Source: Eledone cirrhosa
Lineage: Eukaryota
Reading direction: 5' to 3'
Assembly: GCA_964016885.1 (NCBI GenBank)
Contig: OZ024740.1
Coordinates: 11,842,001-11,906,000 of the forward strand
Length of the DNA: 64,000 nucleotides
How positions within the stretch are numbered: position 1 is the stretch's first letter; each line of letters opens with the position of its first letter. The notes beneath the pieces are model-generated. The model was not told the origin of the DNA and ran no database searches. It saw nothing but the letters and a program-made list of their open reading frames with translations. This document shows, in pieces, positions 40,737 through 52,340 of this stretch. The translations under genes were made by a program, and so were the position numbers.

Positions 40737-43700
40737 CATCATCATCATCATCATCATCATCGTTTAACGTCCATATTCCACGCTTGCATGGGTTTGGACG
40801 GGAGTTTTCCCACTTGAGGCAAGAGTGGTTGTCTTGCTCGCATAGGACTGTCTGGCAGGTCTTCTACAGCTGGATGCCATTCCTAACACCAACCACATTT
40901 ACAGTGTGGGTCTGGGAGGTTTTTACAGTGTTACCTACACGGCCACATTACAGCGTGGACTGTGTTTTTTTGTCGTGACACCTACACGATCTCATTTGTT
41001 TCGGCCTGGATGTCGTGGCACCAACATAACTTTACATTGAAAGGGGCGGTGTGGATAGGGGTGGGGGTGGTGGGACGGGGGTGTATTTTGTTAGAGATGC
41101 CTACTGGTTGTAGTAGGTTTTACTTTGTATTTAGGTAAGGCGGGTCTTCTCTATTACTGAGTACCGCCAAAGATCTCGGTCCAGTGACATTGTCTTGGAG
41201 AGGTGTAAGTGTGTGAGGTCAGAATTTATCAAGTCGTCCCAGGTTTTTCTGGGTCTGCCTACTCCGTGGCTACCGTCTATCTTTATTGCCCTGCACTTTT
41301 TTATACAGCTGTCGTCTTTCATGCGCATCACGTGACCGTACCAACGTAGCCTTCTCTCGAGAACAACATCTGATCCCTCTTATTTCTAATTTTTCCCTTA
41401 GTTCGTTTATGCTTTGCCGTTCACGTATATTACTATTACACATCCAGCGGAGCATGCAAGCTTCGTTCCTCTCTAGTCTGCGTATATCCTCTGCACACAA
41501 TGCCGAGGTCTCACTGCCATGCAGCATTGCTGTTCGTATGCAAGCATCATACAACCTGCCTTTCATTTTTTCAGAGCACCCTCCCCCACTGCTGATTTTG
41601 TCGCCCAGGTAACGGAAGCTGTCCACTATTTCTATAGAACCCTCTGCGCAATTGAAGGAGCTAGTATTTTGTGGGCACTTGCTACTACTTATTGCACCAG
41701 AGCACCGGCCACATGTAGAAAAATATGTTCTTAGTTAGCTTACCTGTGATCCCACTACATTTTTTATGCAACCATACTTTGCATTTGGGACATAAAATGG
41801 AGTTTCTACCTACGCCTTTCCTACACACTGAGCATGGCCATTTCCCGGAAGGGACCGGCGCCTTATTTTCTTTCCTACAAACTAGAACTTTAGTCTTAGC
41901 CAGGTTAATTTTAAGGCCTTTTGATTCTAGGCCGTGCTTCCATGTTTGGAACAGCTATGAGCGTTAGATCATCTGCGTATAGTTCCCATGGGCAGCCGGT
42001 CTTGAACTCCTCTGTTATAGCCTGAAGGGCAATAATAAATAGTAGGGGGCTAAGAACAGAGCCCTGATGAACACCAACTTTTACGCTAAACTCTTCACTA
42101 TATTCGTTGTTAATTCTAACCTTGCTGACTGTTTCTTTATACATGGCTTGTATAGCTCTGACAAGCCATTCATCAACACCAAGTTTTCTAAGAGCCCACA
42201 AGATAATGGAACGGGGGACTCTGTCGAAGGCTTTCTCCAAGTCGACAAAAGCTAAGTATAGGGGTTTACTTTTAGCTAGGTACTTCTCCTGTAGTTGTCG
42301 TACTATGAAAAGAGCATCTGTGGTACTTCTTCCTGACACAAACCCGAACTCCATTTCATCTAGATCAATTCTCTCTCTGATTAGTTGCGCTATTACTTTT
42401 TCCGTGACCTTCATGACCTGGTCGATTAATTTAATGCCTCTATAGTTACTCCTATCTAGGGCATCTCCTTTACCCTTGTAACAGTTAATGATGATGCTGC
42501 TACGCCAGTCCTTCGGAACAACCCCATTCTGTATGACTTGGTTTACTATCCGGGTGACCATGGTGTGTCCCACCGTTCCAGAGGCTTTCAGCATCTCAGC
42601 AACTATTTCCGAAGGCCCAGCCGCCTTACCCGTCTTCATATCTTTGATTGCCTTACTTATTATACTACCTTTGACTAACACTGCTGGTCCCTCTATTGGG
42701 TCGATGTGGGGGAGACTGTCTTTCTCCCATTTATTCTCCTCATTTAGTAGCCTTTCGTAGTGACACTTCCAAGCTACCTTCTTATCAGCGTCAGTGATGG
42801 CAAGTACGCCATCATCATCATTAAGTACACACTTCTCCCCGACAATATCACGGTTTTCCTTCACACATTGCCTAGCAATCCTGAGCACCTCACGTTTTTG
42901 GTCCTCGCGTTGTAGAACATGCTTGAACTTTCTTTCCTCTGCTTCCTTTCTTGCGAAGTACACTTGTCTCCTAGCTTCCCTCCTGGCCACTTGATAGTCT
43001 TCTCTACTTCCCCCATCCCGCCATACTTTCCAAGCCTGCATTTTGGCCTTAATTGACTCCTCCACCTTACTGTTCCACCACCATGTTACTCTCCTCCTGC
43101 CTATAGGCCTGCTCCGGCCACAGACTTCGTCTGCCGTGATCAGCAGGTTTGCTTTCAGGAATTCCCACTGTTCCTCTATATTGTACGACTCTAAATGCTC
43201 TTCCTTACTGTCGAAAGCATCAAGTAATATGCTTTGAAATTTATTTCTGGCTGTGGGGTCCTTTAGCTTCCATATTTTTCTCCTGAGGATAGTCCTCTTC
43301 TGCTGTCGAGTACGTCTCGTCCTGACTATGAGGTCGCTAATTATCAGTCTATGTTGGGAGGTGCATTCTTCATGGGGAAGGGATTTAGTGTTTACAACAG
43401 ACACTCTGTCACGTCTTCTGGTAAGGATATAATCTACCTGGGTGGTATGTTCCCCTGATCTGTAGGTGATCAAGTGATTGTCTCGTTTTTTGAAGTTAGT
43501 GTTACAGATAGTTAGGTTATTTGCGCCACAGAATTCCAGGATTCTGGAGCCTTCCTCATTTCTAGTACCAAACCCATAGCCTCCGTGGATTCCATCATAG
43601 CCGTCACAATGTTGTCCAACGTGGCCATTTAGGTCGCCAGCAATAATTATATAGTCACTGTCGGTTATTTGGGAGGTAGTGAGCATCAGTGTCTCATAGA

Positions 43701-44600
43701 AACTGTCTTTTATAGCGCCAGGTAGTCCTGATTGGGGCTCGTACGCAGATATTATCGTTACAGTAGTTCTATTTAGAACAAGTTTTACTTTAATTATTCT
43801 GTCGTTTACTCTATTTACGTCTATTATCTTATCCACCCATTTTTCTGCTAACATGATTCCTACCCCACCCAGCCCATTGTCATTTCCCACCCAGAAAAGC
43901 TTATAGCATCGTTTTCTACCCACAATGAATCTAGCAGACCCGCCCCTCCACCTGGTCTCTTGGATACAGCAAACATCAACCTCCTTACGTTCAAGCATTT
44001 CTACAACCTCGTTAGAGCGGCCTTTTAAGGTCCCTACATTCATGGTACCAACTCTGAAGTTTTGGATTGCGTTTGGTGGGTGGGGTGAGGTGGATGGGAT
44101 TGGGGTTATGTTGGCCATCCGTGGCCGCAACAAAGAGGGGGGGGAGGCCTTGCCCTTTCGTCCGGCAGCATGAGGTGAATTTGTCGTTATCTTTTGCATT
44201 GTTTTCGGGCGTCCAGATTCTTCAGACTCTCCAGAAATTCCCTAGTTCATCCATCATATCGAAAAGCAACCAGAAGTGATAGCATAGGCCGTTGACTTGT
44301 GATTGGTCCAAATAATAAGGTGGAGAGTGGGGGAGGGAGGGGTATGGGGTAGTTTGCGAGGAGCAGACTTATTTATATTTGGTTGGCAGGGAGTGAGAGA
44401 GCGACGTATATGATAGTGAGAGAGTGAGAGGGTGAGAGGGTGAGAGGCGATTTTAGCGGGCCGAGAGAAAGAGGCCATTTCTATGAATCCTGGAAAAATC
44501 TTTTCGGCCAAAATGGTTGCGGGAATATTATTTAGAACAACGTGGAGAAGATTTTTAGAACAGTGAGACAGAATTATAGAAGACAATTATGAATACGATT
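40737..44600 (-). mobile_element. Near full-length RTE-clade LINE (APE endonuclease + RT), copy 4, diverged relative of family A, disabled
   Basis: ORF 41911..44199 has APE motifs (GTMNVGTL, IQETRW, AGDLNGH, VDYIL, SQHR) and RT motifs (FVDLEKAFD, GVHQGSVLSP, YADD); frameshifting deletions downstream; (GAT)n tail at 40737; 5' boundary beyond 44199 is inferred. Confidence 0.9.
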
Positions 44601-44609
44601 TTTTTTTTA

Positions 44610-44646
<37 letters not shown>

Positions 44647-45032
44647 TATGTGTGTGTGTGTGTGTGTGTGTGTAATATGATACTTCATTTCCTCTACATC
44701 AAAAGGATGAAAGGTAAAGTCGGCAGGCAGGATCTAAAACCAGAGGGAAATGAAGTAGAGAAATACTACAAGGTATTAAATCTGAAGCCTTTAACAAGTC
44801 TGCCAATCTGTCGCCTTTGTAGAAACACTAGCATTGGTGTAATAGGGAAATTAGGCAGCAAAAGTGGGTTATATTGACATATAGACAAAATATCACTGAT
44901 TAACTGAGAAGAAGACATCAGTACAAATTGATTACCTTTGACAGCAAATGTAACAGGTGTGTCTACAGTGACATACTTCCACCTTCACCCTCTCTCACTC
45001 ACACAAATCAGTGAATAGTAGAGAAGGGTGAA

Positions 45033-46864
45033 ATCATCATCATCATCATCATCACCGTTTTACGTCCGTTCTTCCACGCTAGCATGGGTTAGACGGGTTG
45101 TCCTGTTGTGGGCAGTGTCTGGTCGGCTGACCATGCCTTGCTCATACAGGAACTGATCTGGCTTGATTTCTACAGCTGGATGCCCTTCCTAACACCAACC
45201 TCATTTACAGTGAGTGCTGGGTGCTTTTTCGTGGCGCCTACACGTCCACTTTACAGTGTGGGCTGGGTGCTTTTTTGCCGTGGCACCTCCACGGCCACCT
45301 TGCGGTGGGGGGGGGGGGGCATATTGTTTATATGCTTCAGCATGTACCCATGGGAGGTCGGGTACCCTGTATTACTGCGTGACGCCAGAAGTCACGGTCG
45401 TGTGTCATTGACTTTGAGAGGTGTAGTTGGGTAAGGTCGGCTTTTATCACCTCATCCCAAGTCATCTTGGGTCTCCCCACTCCGCGGTTTCCATCAACTT
45501 CTAGTGCTCTGCACCTTTTTATGCAGCTGTCATCCTTCATACGCATCACATGTCCATACCAGCGTAACCGCCTCTCCTGCACGCAGCATTTGATTCCTCT
45601 TATGCTCAGTCTCTCTCTCAATTCCTTTATGCTTTGTCGTTCACGTATATTACTGTTACACATCCATCGGAGCATGCAGGCTTCGTTTCTCTCTAATCTA
45701 CGTAAGTCTTCCACCTTCAGCGCCCAGGTCTCACTACCATGCAACATCGCTGTTCGGATACACGCATCATACAGTCTGCCTTTCATTCTGAGGGAGAAGC
45801 CTTTTGCAGCTAGCAGTGGTAGTAGTTCCCTAAACTTCTTCCATCCCGTTCTTACCCTAGTTATTGTACTTTCTGAGCACCCACCTCCGTTGCTAATTCG
45901 GTCACCTAGGTAGCAGAAGCTGTCTACTGTTTCTACAGGGCCCTCCCAGAGATTGGTGGTACTTGTCTCCTGTGGCTGTTTGCTTGCTGTTTCAGCACAG
46001 CTGCTGCATGTGAATCCTACATTCTTAATTAAGCTTCCTGAGATCCCGCTACATCTCTTGTGTACCCATTGTTTGCATTTGGGGCAGAGAATGGAGTTCC
46101 TACCTACACCTTTCCTACATACTGAGCAAGGCCATTTCCCTGAGGGGATCTGGGTTCTGTTTTCTCGTCTACTTACAAGGACCTTAGTCTTTGTCATGTT
46201 GACTTTGAGGCCCTTTCTCTCTAGTCCCTGCTTCCAGGTTTGGAATTTATTCTCTAGTTCTACCATAGATTCAGCTATGAGTGCGAGGTCATCAGCATAC
46301 AGGAGTTCCCATGGGCATCCGGTCTTAAACTCCTCCGTTATTGCCTGCAGGACTATGATGAACAGGAGAGGGCTAAGAACAGAGCCCTGGTGGACCCCAA
46401 CCTGTACGCTAAATTCCTCGCTATACTCATTGCCAATCCTAACTTTGCTGACTGCTCCCCTATACATGGCTTGTACCGCTTTCACAAGCCATTCATCTAC
46501 TCCTAGTTTTCTAAGAGCCCACCAGATTACTGCACGTGGAACTCTGTCAAAGGCTTTCTCAAAGTCGACAAATGCCAAGTAGAGTGGCTTACTTTTAGCT
46601 AGGTACTTTTCCTGTAATTGCCTCACAAGGAAGAGGGCATCAGTGGTGCCTTTCCCTGGTACAAACCCAAATTGCATCTCGTCTATATTCACCCGGTCCC
46701 TAATCAGCTGTGCTATAACTCTTTCTGTTACTTTCATGACCTGGTCCATCAACTTTATACCTCTATAGTTTCCTCTATCTAGTGCATCGCCTTTACCTTT
46801 GTAGCAGTTGACAATGATGCTACTGCACCAATCTTTTGGTATGGCCCCCTCTAGTATTACCAGA
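45033..46864 (-). mobile_element. RTE-clade LINE, family A copy 5, 5'-truncated, RT frame intact
   Basis: ORF 45337..46752 with QFGF, FVDFEKAFD, QGSVLSP, LYADD, C4-H-C3 insert and FCYLG; 3' UTR and (GAT)n tail. Confidence 0.95.
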
Positions 46865-47590
46865 TACTATGAAATAGGAGTGTGAATTATATAAGGACTA
46901 AATTAAACTAGATTTTAACATAACCAAACCAATAGCAGATTGTTGCATAAAACTCCAGTTTTTAAAGGCAAGAAACCAGTTGATGAAGGTCAAAGTTTTC
47001 CAAACTTTTCACATTAATAACGGACTTTATAAAAACAACATTTGTTGTGAAATATTAATGAAGTTTTATTCATGACAAGAAATAATTACAGCCTTTTGAT
47101 ATCAACCATCTGAAATCACCCAAGATTCTATGATGTAAAACAGTTTATTTTAAAATGTTTATATTTGTCTAAAAATGCTCCATCATAATTTCATGAAAGA
47201 ATCTTAAGTTCCAAATACCAACTTAATAATCCTTTCAAATTCTTAATTATTTACAAAATAACATTACAAATAGTCACAAAGTTGGCTTAAAAACCATTGA
47301 TTACATAAATATGAAAAAGAAAGGTAAAAGCAAAATTAATGAGAAAAGGGGGAAGGGGTAAAGAGGGGCAGATCTGGTTATATGGGAAAGTAGAGGAAAG
47401 CACTATAAATGCCATAAATGAGCAGCAGCAGGGGTAGACTTGATAGAGAAATATACTGGAATATATATCAACAATAGTATCAACAATGGAAAGAACAACG
47501 GAAACTGTTTCCTTGTCCAATTTGCCAAGTTCAACACCACTTGGTCAGTGAATGAGGTCTGGGATCTTGTCGATCAATTTGATTGATCAA

Positions 47591-47620
<30 letters not shown>

Positions 47621-47622
<2 letters not shown>

Positions 47623-47804
47623 ATTGTTTCTACTTTAGGCACAAGGCCAGCAATTACCCAGTGCATTACTGGTACTTTATTTTATCGACCCCGTAAGGAT
47701 GAAAGGCAAAGTCAACCTCGGCGGGATTTGAACTCGGATCGTAAAGGGACGTAACTATGCTGGAAAGCATGGCGTCCGACCCTCTACTGATACTGCCAAT
47801 CCAC
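47621..47804 (-). mobile_element. Same SINE family
   Basis: Reverse complement matches the head, core and tail of 50620..50836. Confidence 0.8.
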
Positions 47805-47811
47805 ATATATA

Positions 47812-47908
47812 TAATAGGAACAAGTAAGACCCCGACGGCTGAGCTCAAGCCGTTTCGACGGCTAATTCTGCTTGAGCTCAGCCGTCGGCGTCTTACTTGT
47901 TCCTATTA
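47812..47908. repeat. Foldback with 39-bp arms (1 mismatch)
   Basis: 47812..47850 is the reverse complement of 47870..47908. Confidence 0.92.
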
Positions 47909-48470
47909 CCCACTCTACTACCCTAAGTATTGAGTACTTTGGTGCGTTATGGTCCACCTAGTTCCTTACCACATTTCCTTCGCTATATATATATATATAT
48001 ATATATATTATGATACATGCACACATACATAGTATATATGCATGCACACACACACACCTAGATTATACACACAACATACACCTCCATACATATACACTAT
48101 TGCAACTACATACACCTACATTGACAGTCTCCCTCAGAAACCCCCAGAAGTATCTTCACAAACAAAATATCATTGTCCCTTATTTCTAGTGTCAGGTTTG
48201 AATTCTAAAGACAACAAATAAATCTTAAAGAAAAACACACACAACACACACACAGATAGAGCCACACACACACAGCACCCAACACACAACCACACAGATA
48301 CACAACCACATACACACACAGCACCCAACATACAACCACACACACACACAGCACCCAACACACAAAGATACACAGCTACACACACACACACCACCCACTG
48401 ACCAAAGAAGTAGATGCTGTTATAACAATGTCTAAAATCAAAATTATATGTAAAGTTCCATAATACATAC

Positions 48471-48576
48471 TATGTAATGATCCTGAAAATTCAGGGAAGA
48501 TCTTATTGCAAGCAAGAATGTAAATTTCTCCCGACGACAATTTAAGTATTAATTGAGGTTTTAGAAGACACGAGCC
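48471..48576 (-). CDS. CAMSAP: Patronin/CAMSAP coding exon B
   Basis: TTTCAG/GTATGT ends, 106 nt, phase 0-1; GSCLLKPQLILKLSSGEIYILACNKIFPEFSGSLH matches the CAMSAP KP....L.S.E.Y...C pattern. Confidence 0.88.
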
Positions 48577-48744
48577 CTGAAATACAAGAAGAACAAACAT
48601 GAATTATTAGAATTATCAAATTAGAAAGTATATCAAACTAAACATACATTTAAAACAGTGTTTTTTAGTCAATATCTATTTAGAAAATATGGTTGTCTTC
48701 ATGAAAAACATTATCATTATTCTCTTTATGCATCTGGTCATCAC

Positions 48745-49150
48745 AAATAATCTCCTCGCCCATCAAACTACAGCTCTTCAACAGCATTATAATCACAACT
48801 GCCATATATGCTAGTGAAACATGGAAAATCACTGCCAAAATTCTAACAGAAGATGTTTTCCAACAAAGATGCCTAAGAAAGATCCTGAAAATTACTTATC
48901 AAGACCAGGGGTGTTGAAACTGGTTGGACACATTCTGTGCATGTCTGAGTACCAGAACACTTGTGTGGCAATGAGATGGATCCCAGTCTGTGGCAAACAG
49001 AAAAAAGGGAGACCCAAGAAAATCTGACGCTCAACTTTCAAAAAAAATCTCCAGAGGACTGAACTGGGGAAACTACGCAAGATGATGCAGATGATGTTGG
49101 AAATTGAAGAAGACTCATTGCCCAATATGCCCCAGGGTATAGGAGGACCT
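48745..49150 (+). mobile_element. Degenerate RTE-like LINE 3' fragment
   Basis: YASETWK and LKLVGHILCM...KKGRPKK remnants. Confidence 0.55.
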
Positions 49151-49182
49151 AAGACTTTATGCAGATAAAAACATAAGTAATT

Positions 49183-49225
49183 GTTTTTACATGTTTCATG
49201 GCTATTTAGCTATTCATCAGAAGAC
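49183..49225 (-). ncRNA. Minimal type I hammerhead ribozyme candidate
   Basis: GUCUU-CUGAUGA-AUAGCUAAAUAGCCAU-GAAA-CAUG-UA-AAAAC: complete core, stems I and II each with one A-C mismatch, palindromic stem III. Confidence 0.6.
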
Positions 49226-49345
49226 TAATACCTATATCCTTCCAGATACAAGGAGAGCTAATAGTCAAACATTAGTCATATCAAATACAAACTAGAACTT
49301 AACTATATTTAGACTAATTTGCATAATGTGCAATCACTTGAGTTG

Positions 49346-49810
49346 TCTTCTTCGCCCACATATTCCTGAGAAAGTTGTAGGGGCAGATTCCTCAAACACT
49401 TCTTCCAGCAGGTCCTGTCAGAAGCAACCATCTCCAACTGATCCAGCTGGATCCCCAAGTGAAACCAGCCAAGCTCATGGATGTTATCCAACCATCTTGA
49501 TCAGAGTCTACCCCTAGGTCTCCTGCTGGTTGGTTTTGCCTGTAAAATCTGTCCAGCAATTCTTTCCCGAGACATTCTAACCACATGTCCATAGTATCAG
49601 AGCTGTGATCTCTCAATTCAGAAAAGTAAGGTTCTAGCTGGAGCTATGCATTCTATCGAGTAACGTTACTTCAAAGACCCCTTTGGAGGAATCCCATTTC
49701 GGCCACTTGTATTCGGTCATTAGCCAAAATTCATGACCATAGGTAAAGGTTAGCATGAATACCGAATTGAAGATAGCGAGTTTGGTTTTTAAGCCTACCT
49801 CCCTTCGTCT
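49346..49810 (-). mobile_element. RTE family B 3' fragment
   Basis: Aligns with 18427..18900; LTFTYGHEFW remnant. Confidence 0.75.
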
Positions 49811-50619
49811 GATTACTGTGTTGTAACTAATTAAATCATAAATATTTATGCACAACACAGTTTATGACTATCTTAGATTTTCCAATATACAGTGTTGTCT
49901 ATAATTATATATTGTATAAAATATTCTTTGCATCTCATTTAGTTGATTACAATTTACAGAATTTACAAAATAGAGGACAACCAAGAAAGACCTGGGCAAA
50001 GGTTGTGAGAGATGACCTCCAATATTTTAGTTTTGCTTGATTAACAAGTCTGATGAGCAGACTGAAGCTGGAGTTGGGTCTATAACACTAATATGGATCT
50101 TGAGCCACCTATCTGTGAAATGTTTGGAAGCCTAATCAATAAAAACCTCAATGTGAAACCTTGTTTTATTCTTAATATAATGTGGTTGGTGTTAGGAAGG
50201 GCATCCACCTGTAAAAAACCTGCCAGAGAAACTTCCATGCGAATGAGACACGGTCTCCCGACCATTCCCGCTTTGTATGGAACAAAACCGTCTAACCCAT
50301 GCTAGCGTGGAAGATGGACGTATGATAATGATGATGATATCTATCTAACCACCACCACCAGTTCCTCCAAACTCCTTGTTTGGCAAGCTTTCTATGACTG
50401 GATGCCCTTCCTATCACCAACCACTTTACAGGGAGAGAAAAGAAATGCTCATTGCCCTTTTAAGAGCCTCTGAGACTGGCAGGGAGGAAGGCAATGTCTT
50501 TAAACTAGAAACACAATTGAACTCTATAAAAGGAACACAATGACCAGGTGGTGATGTTCAACTGAGCCACAAGTTAATTCTACCACCCACAATATGATTT
50601 TAATATTCTTCCCTCCTTT

Positions 50620-50836
50620 CTAAGGGCGATGGATTGGCAGTATCGGTAGAGGGTCGGACGCCATGCTTTACATCATTGAGTTACGGCTCTTTATGATCTG
50701 AGTTCAAATCCCGCCGAGGTTAACCTTGCCTTTCATTCTTACGGGGTCGATAAAATAAAGTACCAATCACGCACTGGGATCGATTTAATCGACTTTCCCT
50801 TCCAAAATTGCTGGCCTTGTGCCTATATAAGAAACC
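50620..50836 (+). mobile_element. tRNA-derived SINE with Nin/Deu-like core, full length with TSD
   Basis: A-box TGGCAGTATCGG, B-box GAGTTCAAATCC, core cctttcat...ggggtcgataaaat..gtacc; 18-bp direct repeat aatattcttccctccttt at 50602 and 50837. Confidence 0.85.
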
Positions 50837-51334
50837 AATATTCTTCCCTCCTTTGATGTTTGAGCCATCAACTCCCACTGGAGTTACAGATACATCATGA
50901 TATACAGTATGTCTTGGGTGTTTTAACCTGGCCAAGCCCATCCTTGTCCCCAGCCAATTTCTTCCAGACAGAGAGAGAGAAAATTAAGGAGAAAGATAGG
51001 GAAGGAAACCCTAGTTCTGGATTGGCATTTTAACAACTCCAAAGGATGGAAGATAAAGTTAACCTCAGCAAGGTTTGAGCTCATAGCACAAAAAGTCGGA
51101 AAGATAACTGCAAGTCCTTCTGTCCAATGCCTTAAACAACTGCCAATTCAAAGCCTTATAATTTAAGTATGTTTATGGTCGCCTAACTCCCAAGGGGTCA
51201 TGGTGTAGTGACATACAGTGTTTCTAAGGTATTTTTAGACCTGGCGAAGTCCATCTCTTCTCCAGGTCTGAATACAGCAATCCCTTCCAGAGAAGGATAG
51301 AAAGAGTGAGAGAATGAAAGAGAGAAAGATATAT

Positions 51335-51497
51335 AGAAGAATCGACTCCAACAGTAAACTGGTACTTTTTTATCAGCCTCAAAAGGATGAAAGGCAAAGT
51401 TGAACTCAGCGAAATTTCAACAGAGAGCAGAAAGCCAAAACGAATACCACAAAGCATTCTATGGAACGTTCTAATGACTCTGCCAATTCACCGCCTC
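51335..51497 (-). mobile_element. Same SINE family, decayed
   Basis: aaggatgaaaggcaaagttgaactc core and tgccaattcaccgcc head on the reverse strand. Confidence 0.6.
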
Positions 51498-51616
51498 ATA
51501 ATCTAAGTATACATTTCATTAAATAACACAAATACAATAAATTAACATTTCAGAAACTGGATTGAAATTTTTTAAATCTAAAATAAAATATTAAAAAAAA
51601 ACAAAAAAAAACTTAC

Positions 51617-51712
51617 TTGGGCATTTTTATAAAATAGTTCTAAGAATTCATCTGGAATACATCCAGCATAAGCTTTCTCTAATATCCAGAGGAGAGACAG
51701 ACGTAGCTTAGC
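51617..51712 (-). CDS. CAMSAP: Patronin/CAMSAP coding exon A (most 5' found)
   Basis: AG/GTAAGT ends, 96 nt, phase 0-0; AKLRLSLLWILEKAYAGCIPDEFLELFYKNAQ resembles the CAMSAP N-terminal AK..L.W...KAY...P.....FY block. Confidence 0.9.
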
Positions 51713-51793
51713 CTGAAAAATAAAGGTTATCAAGTATAAATATACGTTTATATATAATAATGATGATGGTGGCGATAATGTACTTCAAAAATA

Positions 51794-51975
51794 TACACAG
51801 ATCGACTGAAAAGTTCATAGGCTATTGCAGTGAAGTATTGCATGCATTAATTTCTTCTCTTCTTGTTAATAACTGCATTGTTTATTTCCAGGGACTATGT
51901 TGAAAAATAAACCTCACTTGGTCATTCCATGAGAGTATCTTGATCAGTATATGAACTTTTCAGTCGACCCCCGTA
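51794..51975. mobile_element. Tc1/mariner-type MITE
   Basis: TIR core tcgactgaaaagttcata / tatgaacttttcagtcga; TA ends. Confidence 0.75.
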
Positions 51976-52252
51976 TTAACAGACTATAAGAATATATACA
52001 ATGGCAAGATCATCCAAATGTACAAATCATACAGAATTTAAATGACGTTAGTTCAGTGATGATGGTCATCAAAGTACATTGACCTTATGTCTTATGTGAA
52101 TATGTATATAAACAAATTTGTACATTTATATTTATAAAACTATAGTAAAATCCCACTTTATAAATATGTGGTAATCCATTACAATATATTTTTCAATCGT
52201 ACAAGTATTTCTTTTACCGGGAGGGGAGGATAGCGTCTATGACCCCTTTATA

Positions 52253-52340
<88 letters not shown>

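Noticed and set aside
4439-46582. Recurrent antisense ORFs (MTSSALHLFMQLSSF..., MGLPTPRFP...)
   Set aside because: Shadow frames opposite the LINE RT copies
50624-50715. tRNA gene suggested by A and B boxes
   Set aside because: No cloverleaf; it continues into the SINE core and has a TSD
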